Source: Marsupella aquatica (Eukaryota; Plantae; Marchantiophyta). From it: a stretch of DNA of 64,000 nucleotides. This document shows positions 36,471 through 48,000 of this stretch, piece after piece. The position numbers were made by a program, and so were the translations under genes. Position 1 is the stretch's first letter. Each line of letters opens with the position of its first letter. The stretch lies in NCBI GenBank assembly GCA_973895155.1, contig OZ316896.1:1426001-1490000 (forward strand), read 5' to 3'. The notes below the pieces were generated by a model, which was not told where the DNA came from, ran no database searches, and saw nothing but the letters and a program-made list of their open reading frames with translations.

Positions 36471-39400
36471 GAAGATGAGAGAGATCCAATGAAGAAGAGC
36501 AAACACGAAGGCGACCACGAGGCAGGGGGGAGGAGGGGGGAGAACTGTGTGGGGGGGGCTGGGCGCTTGCCCCGCGCCAACACTCTCAACGTAGACATGA
36601 CAGGTTGCAACCCGATAAAAGCAAAAGCGCATCAAGAAGCGACAAAAGGCCCAACCAAGACATGTGAAAAGAAAGGGAAGGCTATGGAGAGAGCCCACCG
36701 CGTCAAAATCCGAGAAGCCGCGCCACCGCTAGCCTAGAAAACCGTTGAGCACGTGCAGGCACAGCCGGGAACAAAGTTGGAGCACTCGTCGATGTGTCCG
36801 TTGAAGAGTCGGTGCGAGTCAATATCTCTCCGCTGAGCGTGCTGCTACAGCTCCCGAAGATGGTGGAATGCAAACTGGTCCACTAAACTTGGCAAAAGCC
36901 ACCTTGTCAGAACTGAAGAAGAAAGGCAACCACCAATCGGAGGAGAAACGTGGCAATACAAGAATGCTCCAAAGCTGATCAAGGGAAACCGTCACCAAAA
37001 ATGGAGGAGTAAATCAGAATCGTAATCGGAGCCGAAAGTGGTTGATATGTCACCAAAAGGACCGCGGTAGGGATAGATGTTGCACTCCCGGACAAGAGCT
37101 GGCCAAATCACATGAGAATGTCGGATTCCGTGAACGAGGAACTGCTACAGGACCCCAAAGCTAATTGAAAGTGAGAACGATGGAAATTGAAGAATAAACG
37201 TGAGAGCTAATCAAAAGTCCAATCGGGGTAATAGGAGACCAATTGGACCGCTCTTGGGATCAATCTGATTCTCCCGGAGAAGAGCTATACAAAGCACTTG
37301 AGAAATCTGAAATCCGTGAAAGATTCACCAAGATATGACCGTCGAAAGGAAGACGAAAATCGCAGAAAAACGACTGAAAAACGGCGAAAACGAATGTGAC
37401 CATAAGTATGTCGATACGGCACCATTTTGGACGTGTTTTATATCGATTTGATGCGCCTCGACAAGAGCAAGCTAATGCAACTGAGAAAACTGGATTCCGA
37501 GAAAAACTGAGTGCGGGAGGGTAGTCGAAATGGCGCAAAAATTGTGCTACAGTCTGAACTCCATAGCCAAACTCCATAGCCAGGAGCTCAAAGACCTAAA
37601 ACCCTAACGAAGAACACTCAACAACTGAGACAACTAAAAACAACTTAGGAGGAGTGCTTCAGAATCATCATTAAAAGCCACCATTGTACTACAGTAGATG
37701 GATAGATAGGTTCACTAAAAACATATCACCTCCAAATAATATAATTCAAATACATGGAATTTAATCTGCCTGTGCTTCATATCGCAATTATCCAAGTTAT
37801 ATTGCACTACTAAGATACGAAAGTGAATACGTGAGTGACTCCAGACGTACTGTACATATAGTTATTAATTGCAGATACCACTTGTATTTTCATGATTTTG
37901 GGGTCGGAGCGCTTTGACCTTGATGATGATTGCAAGCAATAAATGAGGAAGACAATTTGATTGTCTCCCCACTATGAGACCTGGAATCAACTCAACTCCC
38001 AAAGAAACCAGAGGATGACGGTACCAAACTACCGACCAAACCTCCTTCAATTCGACACCATGTGCTCGACAGGTTGCCGCCCAGAGAACCTCAAAAGTCA
38101 AGGTTCAGAGTAGAAGGATGCACACAACTCTCTATACTACAAGTATCGCATTGCGGTACTCGCTCAGCCAGAATTGACGAAGGCGCCAGGGCGCCAGGGC
38201 TGACTCTTCTCAATAGAGGTACATCAACGAACCAAATCCCCACATGGCGCCAATAGTAGGGGCTATGGTAACGGCATCTTGCCCACATGGGTTGCCAGAT
38301 AATACCACGAGGGAAAGCCACGAACCAGGAAAAAAAATCTCCAATTGTACTTTGTTATTAAATTTACTATATGTGAATATATTGTAACTTCCAAGTTTTA
38401 TAATTAGTGTCCCATTTTCAGAAAAACAAAGCTTAAGATAACGGATAGCTTGCGCTTGTACCTCACGTGTGGGTGGTTAATAAAGTTGCATGTTTCCCAA
38501 AAAACTTCAGGCACAACGATTTTAAATTTACCCTGAAATTTGGTACCTCTGTCAGAAAATATATGAAGAATCTTAGACACCATTCTGGGAGAGTTTTCAC
38601 ATTACTCAAGTATGGAACAAGGAGCTACGCAAAGGGTGTACGTTATATCAACCTCGACACTGCATAGGACTCATCAGATGACGATTTGGCTTCATAGCGA
38701 AACTAGTTCACTGTGTTTGTTAATTCTGAATCCCTAGCTATTTTGTTAACTCAGGAGTATTTTTGTTCTTTAGGAATAGCTTGCTAAAACACACATTGGT
38801 GCTTACATGTTATTCTAGGTGGCTTGCTCCCAGATTTTTTTTTCTGTTTTTTAAAAGTTGTAAGGTGGAATATGCATGTTACAGGGTTTATTGGGAATAC
38901 TAGGTGGGGTTCTTCAGGGTTACTTTATGGTGCAACCCTCGTGGCCATTTAGAGTCCATACTTCGTCAATTTGGGTGGGCTTCCTGACTGCTTTTATGGG
39001 TTTCAGGTGTGCTCCTTCGAAGCAACTATTTTGCAATCATATGCGTGCAGGTAGCCTACCTCATAATTTGGGCGGTGAAGAAGTTAATGGGGATTTTTCA
39101 GCCTTTTTCCTAACGCAGTCAGCCTGTACATGCTTTGTACCGCTTCATCAGCTCAACTGCATACATCTGGGTACATTTTTAGTACTGAGTAAACGTTGAC
39201 CTTTTATGCAAGGGATGGTGCTATGGGGAAGAGAGGAATAATTACATGGAGAAGCTGGGAAGAGCAAGGTTCCATTTTACCTGCCTGAATTTTTAATGAA
39301 AGAGATGGTGCTGTGGGGCAGGGGTGGTTACATGGGGAGGGTGGGAAGATCAAGGTTCCATGTGGCCTGCCCTCACCCTCACATCTCCACACAAGCATGG

Positions 39401-42122
39401 ATTTTTCTGCTTGCCTAGCCAGGAGGAACTTGTTATTTATGGAACCTTAGTTTTGGTAGTATTCAATGTCTATTGTACAAATCAGATGGTTATTAGGATG
39501 TCTCAAAGTTGACATTTGATGAATCTTAATTCCCTGGCTAGTTATGGATTAAGGACACAAAAAATTTAGGGTCCATAAAATTCATAGTCCATAACTTTTT
39601 GCCATAAATATTGGCCTTCTGTCATTACTTTTAGTCACTCTAGAGGCTAGTGAAAATACAGAAAAAACTTTTACATAACCTTGTGAAAAAGTTATGACCA
39701 TTTTTTAATGGCTAAATGCCATCATCCCTAATTTCTCAACTTTGAGACACCCTAATATGATCCAAGAGGGGTTCTATTACACATATTATAATTACTATTG
39801 CATAATAAAGGGTACAATGGGTTTTTATTTAGATAATTTCCTTTTTCAAAATGTGTTATTTTATTTTTCATGTGTAAGTGACAGGGGATTTATATTAAAT
39901 GAATTCCCAGGGCACGTATTTGGTGTTAGTGTACTTGTGAACAGTTTGTGTTTTGTAGAAGTCATGCTATCCATTTCAATCTTACATGTGGAGCCCCCAT
40001 GTCACCTGCAACACACCCTAAAACTTCAGAGAACTTTTTTGCCCCTATAAATTTGGAATAATACTCGAAGAAGTAGTTTTAAAAACACTATCTTTTCTTA
40101 TAAGTCTCCAGGCCAATTACACTGCGTTAAAAAAATGTTCATAGCCTTCTCGGGGCCCAAACCCTACCCTTCCAATGAATCCTGTGCACTTGCCCTTTTA
40201 AACTTTTTTTTTTTTAAAACTTTGCTTGTTGTTCTAGCAGCATGAACTCTGTTGATCCAGGTTTACATACTCAACTTAAGAGCCTTCCGAAAGTAATTAA
40301 TGATTGTTCTCTAATTGACCCATACTGGCATTGCTTGAGCTAAAACCACTAAGCATCTCGGGTGGGTCACTGTATAGAGGGTCTACGTCACATGCAATGT
40401 TTTTTAGTCTAGACCGCCTAGCTTATAAGTGGATTTTTTTCTCGCCCTTACTTACTTTAAAGTGGTCATTATTTTACAAAAAAAATTGCCCCTAAAAAAC
40501 TTTAAGTAATGTTTTCTCCTCTATTGAACAGGATCTATGAAGAAAAGACACATATTTCATAAATTAGAGCCCAAAATTCTATGATTGTGCAATTTGCTCC
40601 ACCTTTCCACTCAATGCAATGTACTCCACCCCCACTCAGCCTCGTCACTTGATAGTTAATACATTCCACCTCTCCTCGAGATCTCCTTTACAGATCATAG
40701 TCATGGGAGGAAGCTCTAACTTTTTATTTGTGCCAGAAGTTGCAAAGTGTTCAACTGAACACAGGATTGGGCAGCAAGTAGGGTGCCATTGAACTCCTTG
40801 TCCCAAATCTGATTACCAAAAACCCTAACCTAACCTAACCTAACCCTCAATTTCAAGTTATGCCTTTCCATAGCCCTTTCGTAGCCCTCCAATAACAGTA
40901 GCAGCCCCAGTAGCAGCAATTGAGGCCCCATGAAATTGGTCAGCCTCTTAACATAAAGGCCCAAACTGTACACCCATGCATACTTTTAGCTATTGCCATC
41001 CAAAAAATTAAAACTTCAATATGGGGGGAATACTCACTACCAATTGCATAACAACAGGTGTACCAGTTAAAATCCGTCACATGTCCTATGTGTGTACATG
41101 ACACAAAACAACTCTTAATTTATAAGAAAATTTCATGGAATATGACCCATTTAATGTGTGTCGATTGTTCTTTAAAACAAACCCACAAATTTCATGTCCC
41201 CTATTTATCTTTGACAAAACTTTGAAAGTCTTCCTCAATTCACAGGCATTCCCGTGGCTATTTAAATGACCATATACTTCGTTGCACATACATGATGTGG
41301 CACCTTCGGCGGAAGTGGCCCCCCTAGCCAAGCATGTCAAAACATGAGATACCTGGGCACTAAGGATACAAGTATAGTAGTGTGACATATACCCTGCATG
41401 GCTCTAGACCCTAATGATACAATCGTCATATAAGTGGGTGCTAGAACAGAGACCTAGACGCAGCAGAGATGAGTGCGTCAATGTGAGCCAGACTTTGAGC
41501 CTTCGATCAAAGGTGCTAGTGGATACCCAAAGAGTAACCCAGATGCAACAATGTGAACCAGAGTTTGAGCCCTCAAAATGTGCCAAAGGATGCTAGAACA
41601 ATAAAACGGATGCGGCAGAAAGGAGATATCAATGGGAGCTAGACCCTCACCCCTCCAAGTGTGCAATTGAAAGCCAGATGTGGACACGGTGTCTAGTCTG
41701 TAAGGCCCATCTGCAGAATTTTTCCGTCCATAGATGGATTGGCAGTGGATTGGGGTGTATGTCATTTTATGCTGCTTGAATAGCAACCGACATTTAGAAG
41801 GGCGGGCAGGTAGGATGAATTAGAAGTCAAGACGGGCAGGGTACAGCCCCAAGAATGCTAAGGAGCTTAATTAGGTGTTGATTTAATTCACAATAAACCA
41901 ATTAATCTTCCATTTTTCTGTGTGTCCAAAGAATCCTCATTTTATGGATGGCAAACTTTGGTCCTTCCTTTAATTGATCACTTTGAGGTCATGTGTTGAG
42001 TTATTATGGTCTTTGTCCATTGATTACTCTACATGGTTTCCTTTTTAATGTCTCATTACCATATTTATTGTCTCAATGCATAGCTAAGTGTGGGAAACAA
42101 TGTGAAAATTTTGACAAGGTCA

Positions 42123-42345
42123 TGTTAGGTATTTACTCTTAGGTCTAGGGTTACAACATGTAACCATGGTTAAGCTAACCGTAGTTGAGGATGTGGGTTA
42201 GGTTAACTAGGGCTCATTGTTATGGAGTCACTTGAGAGATAAAGGAGAGCTTACACTGTGGAGACTTTGTATGTACCCTAAAATTTGTGTGTTCCCGTGG
42301 ACGTAGACTCGAGGAGGTGAACCACGTATCTCTTGTGTCGACCAC
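42123..42345 (+). mobile_element. Copia-type LTR remnant (solo or degenerate)
   Basis: Begins TGTTAG. Contains CCCGTGGACGTAG...GAACCACGTA..TCTTGTGT (42294-42338), resembling the motif common in plant Ty1/copia LTRs. A homologous copy lies at 7256. The 3' end and PBS are not identifiable. Confidence 0.55.
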
Positions 42346-44982
42346 TTTTTGCGTTGGATGTGTCATGGGCTTACCTCTGTGAATGTTGTCTATGTTCAAG
42401 AGGTCAATATTAATTGGTTATGTGCTTAGTATGTGAGGCAATCAAAACTAAGCACATAACCTGAAAGTATGATCAAGTACATATGTATTTGTCTACAAGC
42501 ATACGGTCTCCCATATTTTCCCCTGCATACTCGGGTCGATATATGGTATCCCTATACCTCGTAAAGGTCACCATACTCCCTTAATCCTATAAATTTTACT
42601 ACCAGCGTTATCCACGTAGGCAAGTTGGCTGTACTTTATGTTGGGATGTTATTTATAGCTATGGAAGACATGCAGGGAGCATGAAACAACTTAAGATATT
42701 TTGGGCAGATGTGATATTTCATTAAAGTCAAGGAACATGCATTTATGGTAATCTGGGGTCATCAAGTATCATCATCCACCTACTTTTCCTATTCCTTGAT
42801 TAAGGGACAATCATGGAGGCAAATGAAGATGGATGCATGGCCAAAAGTGACCAATCCTTAAGTACACGCTAGTGATCAATATGCCTAAAAGCCTTCATAA
42901 TTAAGGGAGAAAAGTATGCTAACTATTTTATTAAGTTAGCTAAACCAGAAGGAGCTATATGTTTGATGATAGGCCCCTATGAAAATTTTGTTACAAACTA
43001 CTCTCACACCTTGTGTCAGAATTTCCTATTATGAGTTTTAGCTTGATATTATCACCACTAAGATCTACCATAAAGTTTAGAGTCAAATTGTGCTAAATGA
43101 CAAACCACACCGTGGGGAGAACTGCGAAGTAGTGGCGGCCGTCGCACAAACTGCAAGTTCCTAATTGAAAACAATATGGCTTATGTCTTCAAGTTTGAAT
43201 TTTTACCATAGACCGTCTTTAGGTTATGCAACCTATGCACAGGGTCTGCATGATGTTTTGACTTTTCTCTTTGTTCTTTTGTCTAAGTATGGAATAAATC
43301 CTCTACTTTTGGGTGTTGGCTGGCATATTGCAATGATCAAAAATTGCCCAAGAGTGGAACAAAAACAACATGGATGTTGTCTTCTCACATCTAGACCCCA
43401 AATTTGTCAAAGTATGCAAGGAACTAAAGATCTTTTACGTTTGGCTGTTTGCCCTTGCTATAACTTTCAAAAATTGTCTAAGCATGAAACAAAGACAACA
43501 TGGAGTCAATGTAACATGAAAAATTGTCTAGCCCACAAGAATTGAACTAGACTAAATGTTTAGACCAGATGTTGTACAAATCCACTATCATGTAACAATG
43601 GATCTCCTAAAACTCATATATCCATTATGTCTTCAAGCATAGATGTACACATGGTGCACGATGCGGTGCACAGTGGAGTGTGGTGGGAAATATGTGGTTG
43701 GCCATGCAATTAGACACCACATATAAGAATTATGTGTACGGATACTCCATAACACTTTACTAGCTTGTAACAACATTACTGTGGGAGGCTGGGTGGGGTG
43801 CCCATTTTATGACAAAAGTTTTGTAGAGGGCCATTTTTGTGGGGGCCCTATTTTGTAACAAAAGTTTTGTAAGGGGCCATGATGTAAATTTGTTTTGACA
43901 TGTGTCTCATTAAGCATATATCTCAGACCAAAAGTGGTGTATCTAACATATGATAAAGAGTTCATTCAATCTTACTTGTGTTAAAAGCCAAGCGAGCCCT
44001 ATTTTTCCCCATGCATGCTCCTGTTAACTTTTAAATATTTTTAAGATAGTGATGGTCTAAGGAAGGAAATCTGCATTTCCATGAAATAGTCATGGCACTC
44101 GGTGACGAGGGAAGCACTGTTTAGCTTTGATAGTCAGGTTTGTACAGAGATGAAGACAGAGAAAAGAAAAATGATTAGAAGAGTGTCCATGGACAAGAAT
44201 GCCATTCAAACTATGCCGGTCACAAGGTTCAATTAATCCCATTCATACTCTACGAGGCACTTCATCCCGGAACGCACTGGCCTCTTCGATTTGGTCATCT
44301 AATAACAGATTCATTCTTAGAAACTAGGACGGATCAAAGCAGCCAGAAAATTACTGCAAGCTACGATTCCAGTCGATGGGTTACCTTTACAAACGAAACA
44401 ATAGAAAAATGATTGTCATAAAGCATAGAAGGTGACCGAAAACTGTTGCAGGCCACGAAGTCCAGTCCATGGATTACTAGACAAATCAGACATTGGAAAG
44501 ATAATTGTTATCAAACATAGAAGATGCTGGTGATCGGATTGCAAATTGCAAATTGCAGCAGAGTCATTTGCATTCAACCGGTGAGAAACAGAGTTATCAT
44601 GGAAAATTTCAATCTGTAGAGAACCGAGAGCAGGCTGCTTATTGGTGATTGAATGAATGACACAAGACATGTAACCAATTGACACATGTAGCTAAGAACA
44701 ATTGACTTACTCATCTAAGGAAACAACCTTCTTCCTTGTAGCCTTGATCAAACAAGGAAATAAATGCTGACAAATAGCTACTCTGCACGTCGGTGATTAA
44801 ACACAACTAATTCCACCAGTGCTTCTTTCTGTCCAATCAGGACAGAAAGAATCAGGACACAATTAAGTTGGCGATGACTGTCCATTCTGCACACATAACT
44901 CAAGCAGGGCTTCTAACTGTCTACAAAGTATAATTTAACAACAAAAGAGCTCTGAGATGACGATGATGGCCCCATGCATATC

Positions 44983-46245
44983 TCAAATTTGAATAGGTGT
45001 CATGGTGACATCTTGTTGTGCAATCATTTCAACTTCCTCCCAGACAACAACTTTGCCCTCGCTACCAACGCCATTACTTCGAATAAGAAATGAGGGTCCC
45101 CCGAGGCATCCACGCGCACGTAGAGTTAGTAAAAGCTCATTATCCATCGCTGCAGTCATAAAAGGTGTTCCTAGAAAGGGGGGATTCAACATAAAAGGTG
45201 TTCCTAGAAAGGGGTGATTGAGTCCCCTTCCGGAATACGAGCATGACTGCAGAAATGTCCATGAATTGGCATTCATGTCATAGACATGAATGCCAAGCTC
45301 ATTTATCAGATGGAATTTTCCTCGAACAACGAACACGCCATCTGTTACCGTTCTTAGGAACGGTTTAATCTGTCTCCACTCATCCGTGACTGGACAGTAA
45401 ACCTCCAAAAACAAGGCTGATTGCGTTGTATAGCGAGTGGCAATCTCAATATCCATCATGTCGTCTCCATTGCCAATTCCAGAAAGCTCTGGAATGAAGA
45501 TTCCATTGTACACAAAAAGCTCCTCACCTATTGTTGCAACTTGATGGCAATATCGCATAGAAGGTATCGGCTTTATTGGAAACCAGGCATCAACTTCGGG
45601 GTCATATACCTCAGATCCTTTAGCAGATTTATAGCGTCCAGATAAACCCCCAAATACATAAATCTTCCCGTGTAGGACACCACACCCATAATATTGTCTT
45701 GGTGTTAGCATGCTTGCACACTGTTTCCATTTCCTCGCTCCTCCTATATCCAACATGTACAAATCTTGAATCACGACTCTAGGCTCCCTTACCCTAGGCT
45801 GCACCGGTTCTTGAATCACGACTCTAGGCTCCATTGCCCTACTCTGCACCGGTTCTCCCAAGACATACAGTTTACCATCCGAAGAAATGCATTGGCATGG
45901 ATGTGGAAAACCTCTGGGATGGTCGGGGATTGGAGGAAGTTTAAAAGAACGTTTTTCTCTGAATGAGTAAAGATACATCTCTAGGGTATAGGGCATGATC
46001 GGCACATTGTAAGTGGGCGTAACAACGAGAAGTGTCTCCGCTAATTGAGAACGAACCCTCGCTTCATAGACCTGGTGACTTTGAATTGCACGTTGCCAGA
46101 CACGGCTTACTGATGATAAGGCATAAAATGCTCTCCATGACAGCTTTGACAAAATAGAGCGCAACGTGACCTCGTTTGGAATCCCTGGAAGGAGTTCCTC
46201 TACTTCAAGTAATTTCTCATTGCTCGTCATCCCTGCAGGTACCAT
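44983..46245 (-). CDS. F-box/kelch-repeat protein, intronless CDS (ATG at 46245 or 46230)
   Basis: F-box-like LLPGIPNEVTLRSILSKLSW...LSSVSRVWQRAI. Kelch blades DGKLYVLG, WKQCASMLTPRQYYGCGVLHGKIYVFGG, EVYDPEVDAWFPIKPIPSMR and EVYCPVTDEW. The 46278 start in the ORF track is a non-ATG codon. Confidence 0.9.
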   Translation of the reverse strand: MVPAGMTSNEKLLEVEELLPGIPNEVTLRSILSKLSWRAFYALSSVSRVWQRAIQSHQVYEARVRSQLAETLLVVTPTYNVPIMPYTLEMYLYSFREKRSFKLPPIPDHPRGFPHPCQCISSDGKLYVLGEPVQSRAMEPRVVIQEPVQPRVREPRVVIQDLYMLDIGGARKWKQCASMLTPRQYYGCGVLHGKIYVFGGLSGRYKSAKGSEVYDPEVDAWFPIKPIPSMRYCHQVATIGEELFVYNGIFIPELSGIGNGDDMMDIEIATRYTTQSALFLEVYCPVTDEWRQIKPFLRTVTDGVFVVRGKFHLINELGIHVYDMNANSWTFLQSCSYSGRGLNHPFLGTPFMLNPPFLGTPFMTAAMDNELLLTLRARGCLGGPSFLIRSNGVGSEGKVVVWEEVEMIAQQDVTMTPIQI

Positions 46246-46459
46246 CACTCCAACCCTGTCCTTGTCAGCCCCACACAACGACGTTCTGTTGCAGCACGAT
46301 CGAGTTCAGCGCTACTCATGAACTCATTCAATTTTAGAACCGCAGAATGAGTGCAAGAATTTTCCGTTGCGCCGATCACTTCAGCTTCAAAGCAGGCAGG
46401 GAAGGAATTACCACCGACTACGAGCAGATTACAGTCGAGGAAGACTGATGAGGTCAAGT

Positions 46460-46755
46460 GACGATTCAGCACAAGCTTCCCGCGATGGTGAGCTTCATGG
46501 TGAGCAGCAAATTAAGGAGCTGCTCCGGCGCATTTCACAGGGGGCACGCACAGCACACAGACAGACGGAGATTGAATCTGTAGCTCTGAATCCTACTCCC
46601 ACAACGACGATTCAGCACAAGCTTCACACGATGGTGAACTTCATGGTGAGCAGCAAATTAAGGAGCTGCTCTGGCGCATTTCACAAGGGGCACAACACAG
46701 CGCACAGACAGACAGACACAGATTCAATCTGTAGCTCTGAATCGTATGTCACAAC
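46460..46755. repeat. 146-bp tandem duplication upstream of the F-box/kelch gene
   Basis: GACGATTCAGCACAAGCTTC..GATGGTGA.CTTCATGGTGAGCAGCAAATTAAGGAGCTGCTC...AATCTGTAGCTCTGAATC starts at 46460 and 46606. Confidence 0.92.
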
Positions 46756-46814
46756 GGCAGAGAAACTAAATAGGGCCAAGCAAAGAATGTCCAATGGAAT
46801 ATGAGGACAAACAC

Positions 46815-47130
46815 AAAACGCAAACGAAGACGGCAAAATAATGTAAACAAAAGGTTGGAAGAAGTATCAATTTACCAACGCTGGTAAGGACAATCAACAA
46901 AGGGCACATTCAAAAAGGAACGCGAAACTCGAGAGAAGACGGCGAAATAATGTCAACAAAGTGTGGGAAAAGGACCAATTTACAAACATAAAACTCAAAA
47001 GAAGAGGGCAGCATAATTTAAACAAAGGATGGAGGAGGTACCAATTTACTAACGAGTGAGGACAAAACACGAAACACAAAAGAAGACGGAAAATCAATGT
47101 AAACAAAGGGTGGAAAAGGGACCAGCTTAC
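46815..47130. repeat. Four diverged ~58-bp repeats with variable linkers
   Basis: Consensus AAAC.CAAA.GAAGACGGCAAAATAATGTAAACAAAGG.TGGAA.AGGACCAATTTAC, at ~46816, ~46925, ~46991 and ~47072. Confidence 0.8.
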
Positions 47131-47650
47131 TTACAATTAAAGGGACCTCCAGAATACTCAGAAAAGACTGCAATTCCTCAACCAGGATGGACTGCAATTA
47201 AACCCTCTTTTTCCACTCACATGGTGCATATTAAGAGGACAAGTGAACTGTGACAAGAAAATGAAACAGTAATCTTTGGAAATTCAGATGTTTCTTTCTT
47301 CTCAATAGGCTCATTCGGAAAGATCTTTCCAAGCCTTTTTAAATGAACTAAAGCTATTTCATGGAATAATGAGGGAGATATTTAACATAAAGAGCTTCTC
47401 AAAAACATTTGGAGGCACAAAAGTGTGGGTGACCAACTAATCTATCTACATGGAGACTAGCAATATTAGACTTGTTAATAAGCTGTTTGCAACAGCTTCT
47501 AACAAGCCCAAGAGCAACTCATTCCCGAGCAACTCATTCCCTGAGATAGCAAGGAAGAATATTGAAAGACTGGTCAAGTTTGATGTTAACCACTCCTGCT
47601 CCTTTAAAGCTGGGGTACACAATATCATCAGTTATCTCAAAAATTTTAGA

Positions 47651-48000
47651 ATCTCAGTTGAGGAGTTGAGATGGGGCCTTCAAACTTCAGCTCATCTCAG
47701 CTGGGCAGTTGAGGTTGATTCAATCTCGGCTGACCTCGCCGAGATGGGTGTACGGACGGAAAAAAAATCCAAAAAAAAACCAAAAAATTTCTCGGAAAAA
47801 AATTTTTGAAAAATAAAATTTGAAAATTTTTTCCCCATCTCAGCTGGCCTCGCCGAGATGGAGCGTACGGACCGAAAAAAAATCTGGAAAAAAAAAACCA
47901 AATATTTTCCATAAAAAAATTTTGAAAAAGAAAAATTTCAGAAATTTTTTTCCCATCTTGGTTGGCTCACCGAGATAGGTGTCCGTACAGTACGGACGTC
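47651..48000. repeat. Array of ATCTCGGC-N6/7-GCCGAGAT-type palindromes separated by A/T tracts (period ~115 bp)
   Basis: Hairpins at 47723-47745, 47835-47861 and 47955-47976, with weaker copies at 47651 and 47694. A perfect GTCCGTAC-A-GTACGGAC lies at 47981-47997. Confidence 0.85.

Larger units (their letters stand above)
32996..37600 (-). mobile_element. Non-LTR retrotransposon with restriction-like endonuclease (CRE-clade-like), decayed; coding region ~36470-33233, outer boundaries approximate
   Basis: Stitched minus-strand frames give an N-terminal Zn finger (CPECGWVGLSLPHHRGQGQC), RT motifs (GVRPIAIGE, QFAVGIPGGCE, QVDVSNAFNTVSR, GTRQGDPLGGPLF, FPSLLDDTHI, LRVLGSPVG, QLSLPISHGGFG), a CCHC knuckle (CTCGNPCDATCVHLL*C) and an RLE domain (HDAVRD..RVDL..LADVVVANP..KEAKY..FLPLALEIFG..RQRISVTLQRAQA). 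No APE, integrase or LTR seen. Confidence 0.88.

Noticed and set aside
34620-36737. Plus-strand ORFs overlapping the retroelement
   Set aside because: Antisense shadows of a GC-rich coding sequence, with no motifs.
37865-38330. LINE C-terminal fragment next to the RLE element
   Set aside because: Trp-rich translation, but multiple stops and no diagnostic motif.
40818-40847. Telomere-like (CCTAA)n run, and AAACCCTA motifs at 33089 and 37599
   Set aside because: Too short to call an interstitial telomere or a retroelement target; telo-box-like words are common in plant DNA.
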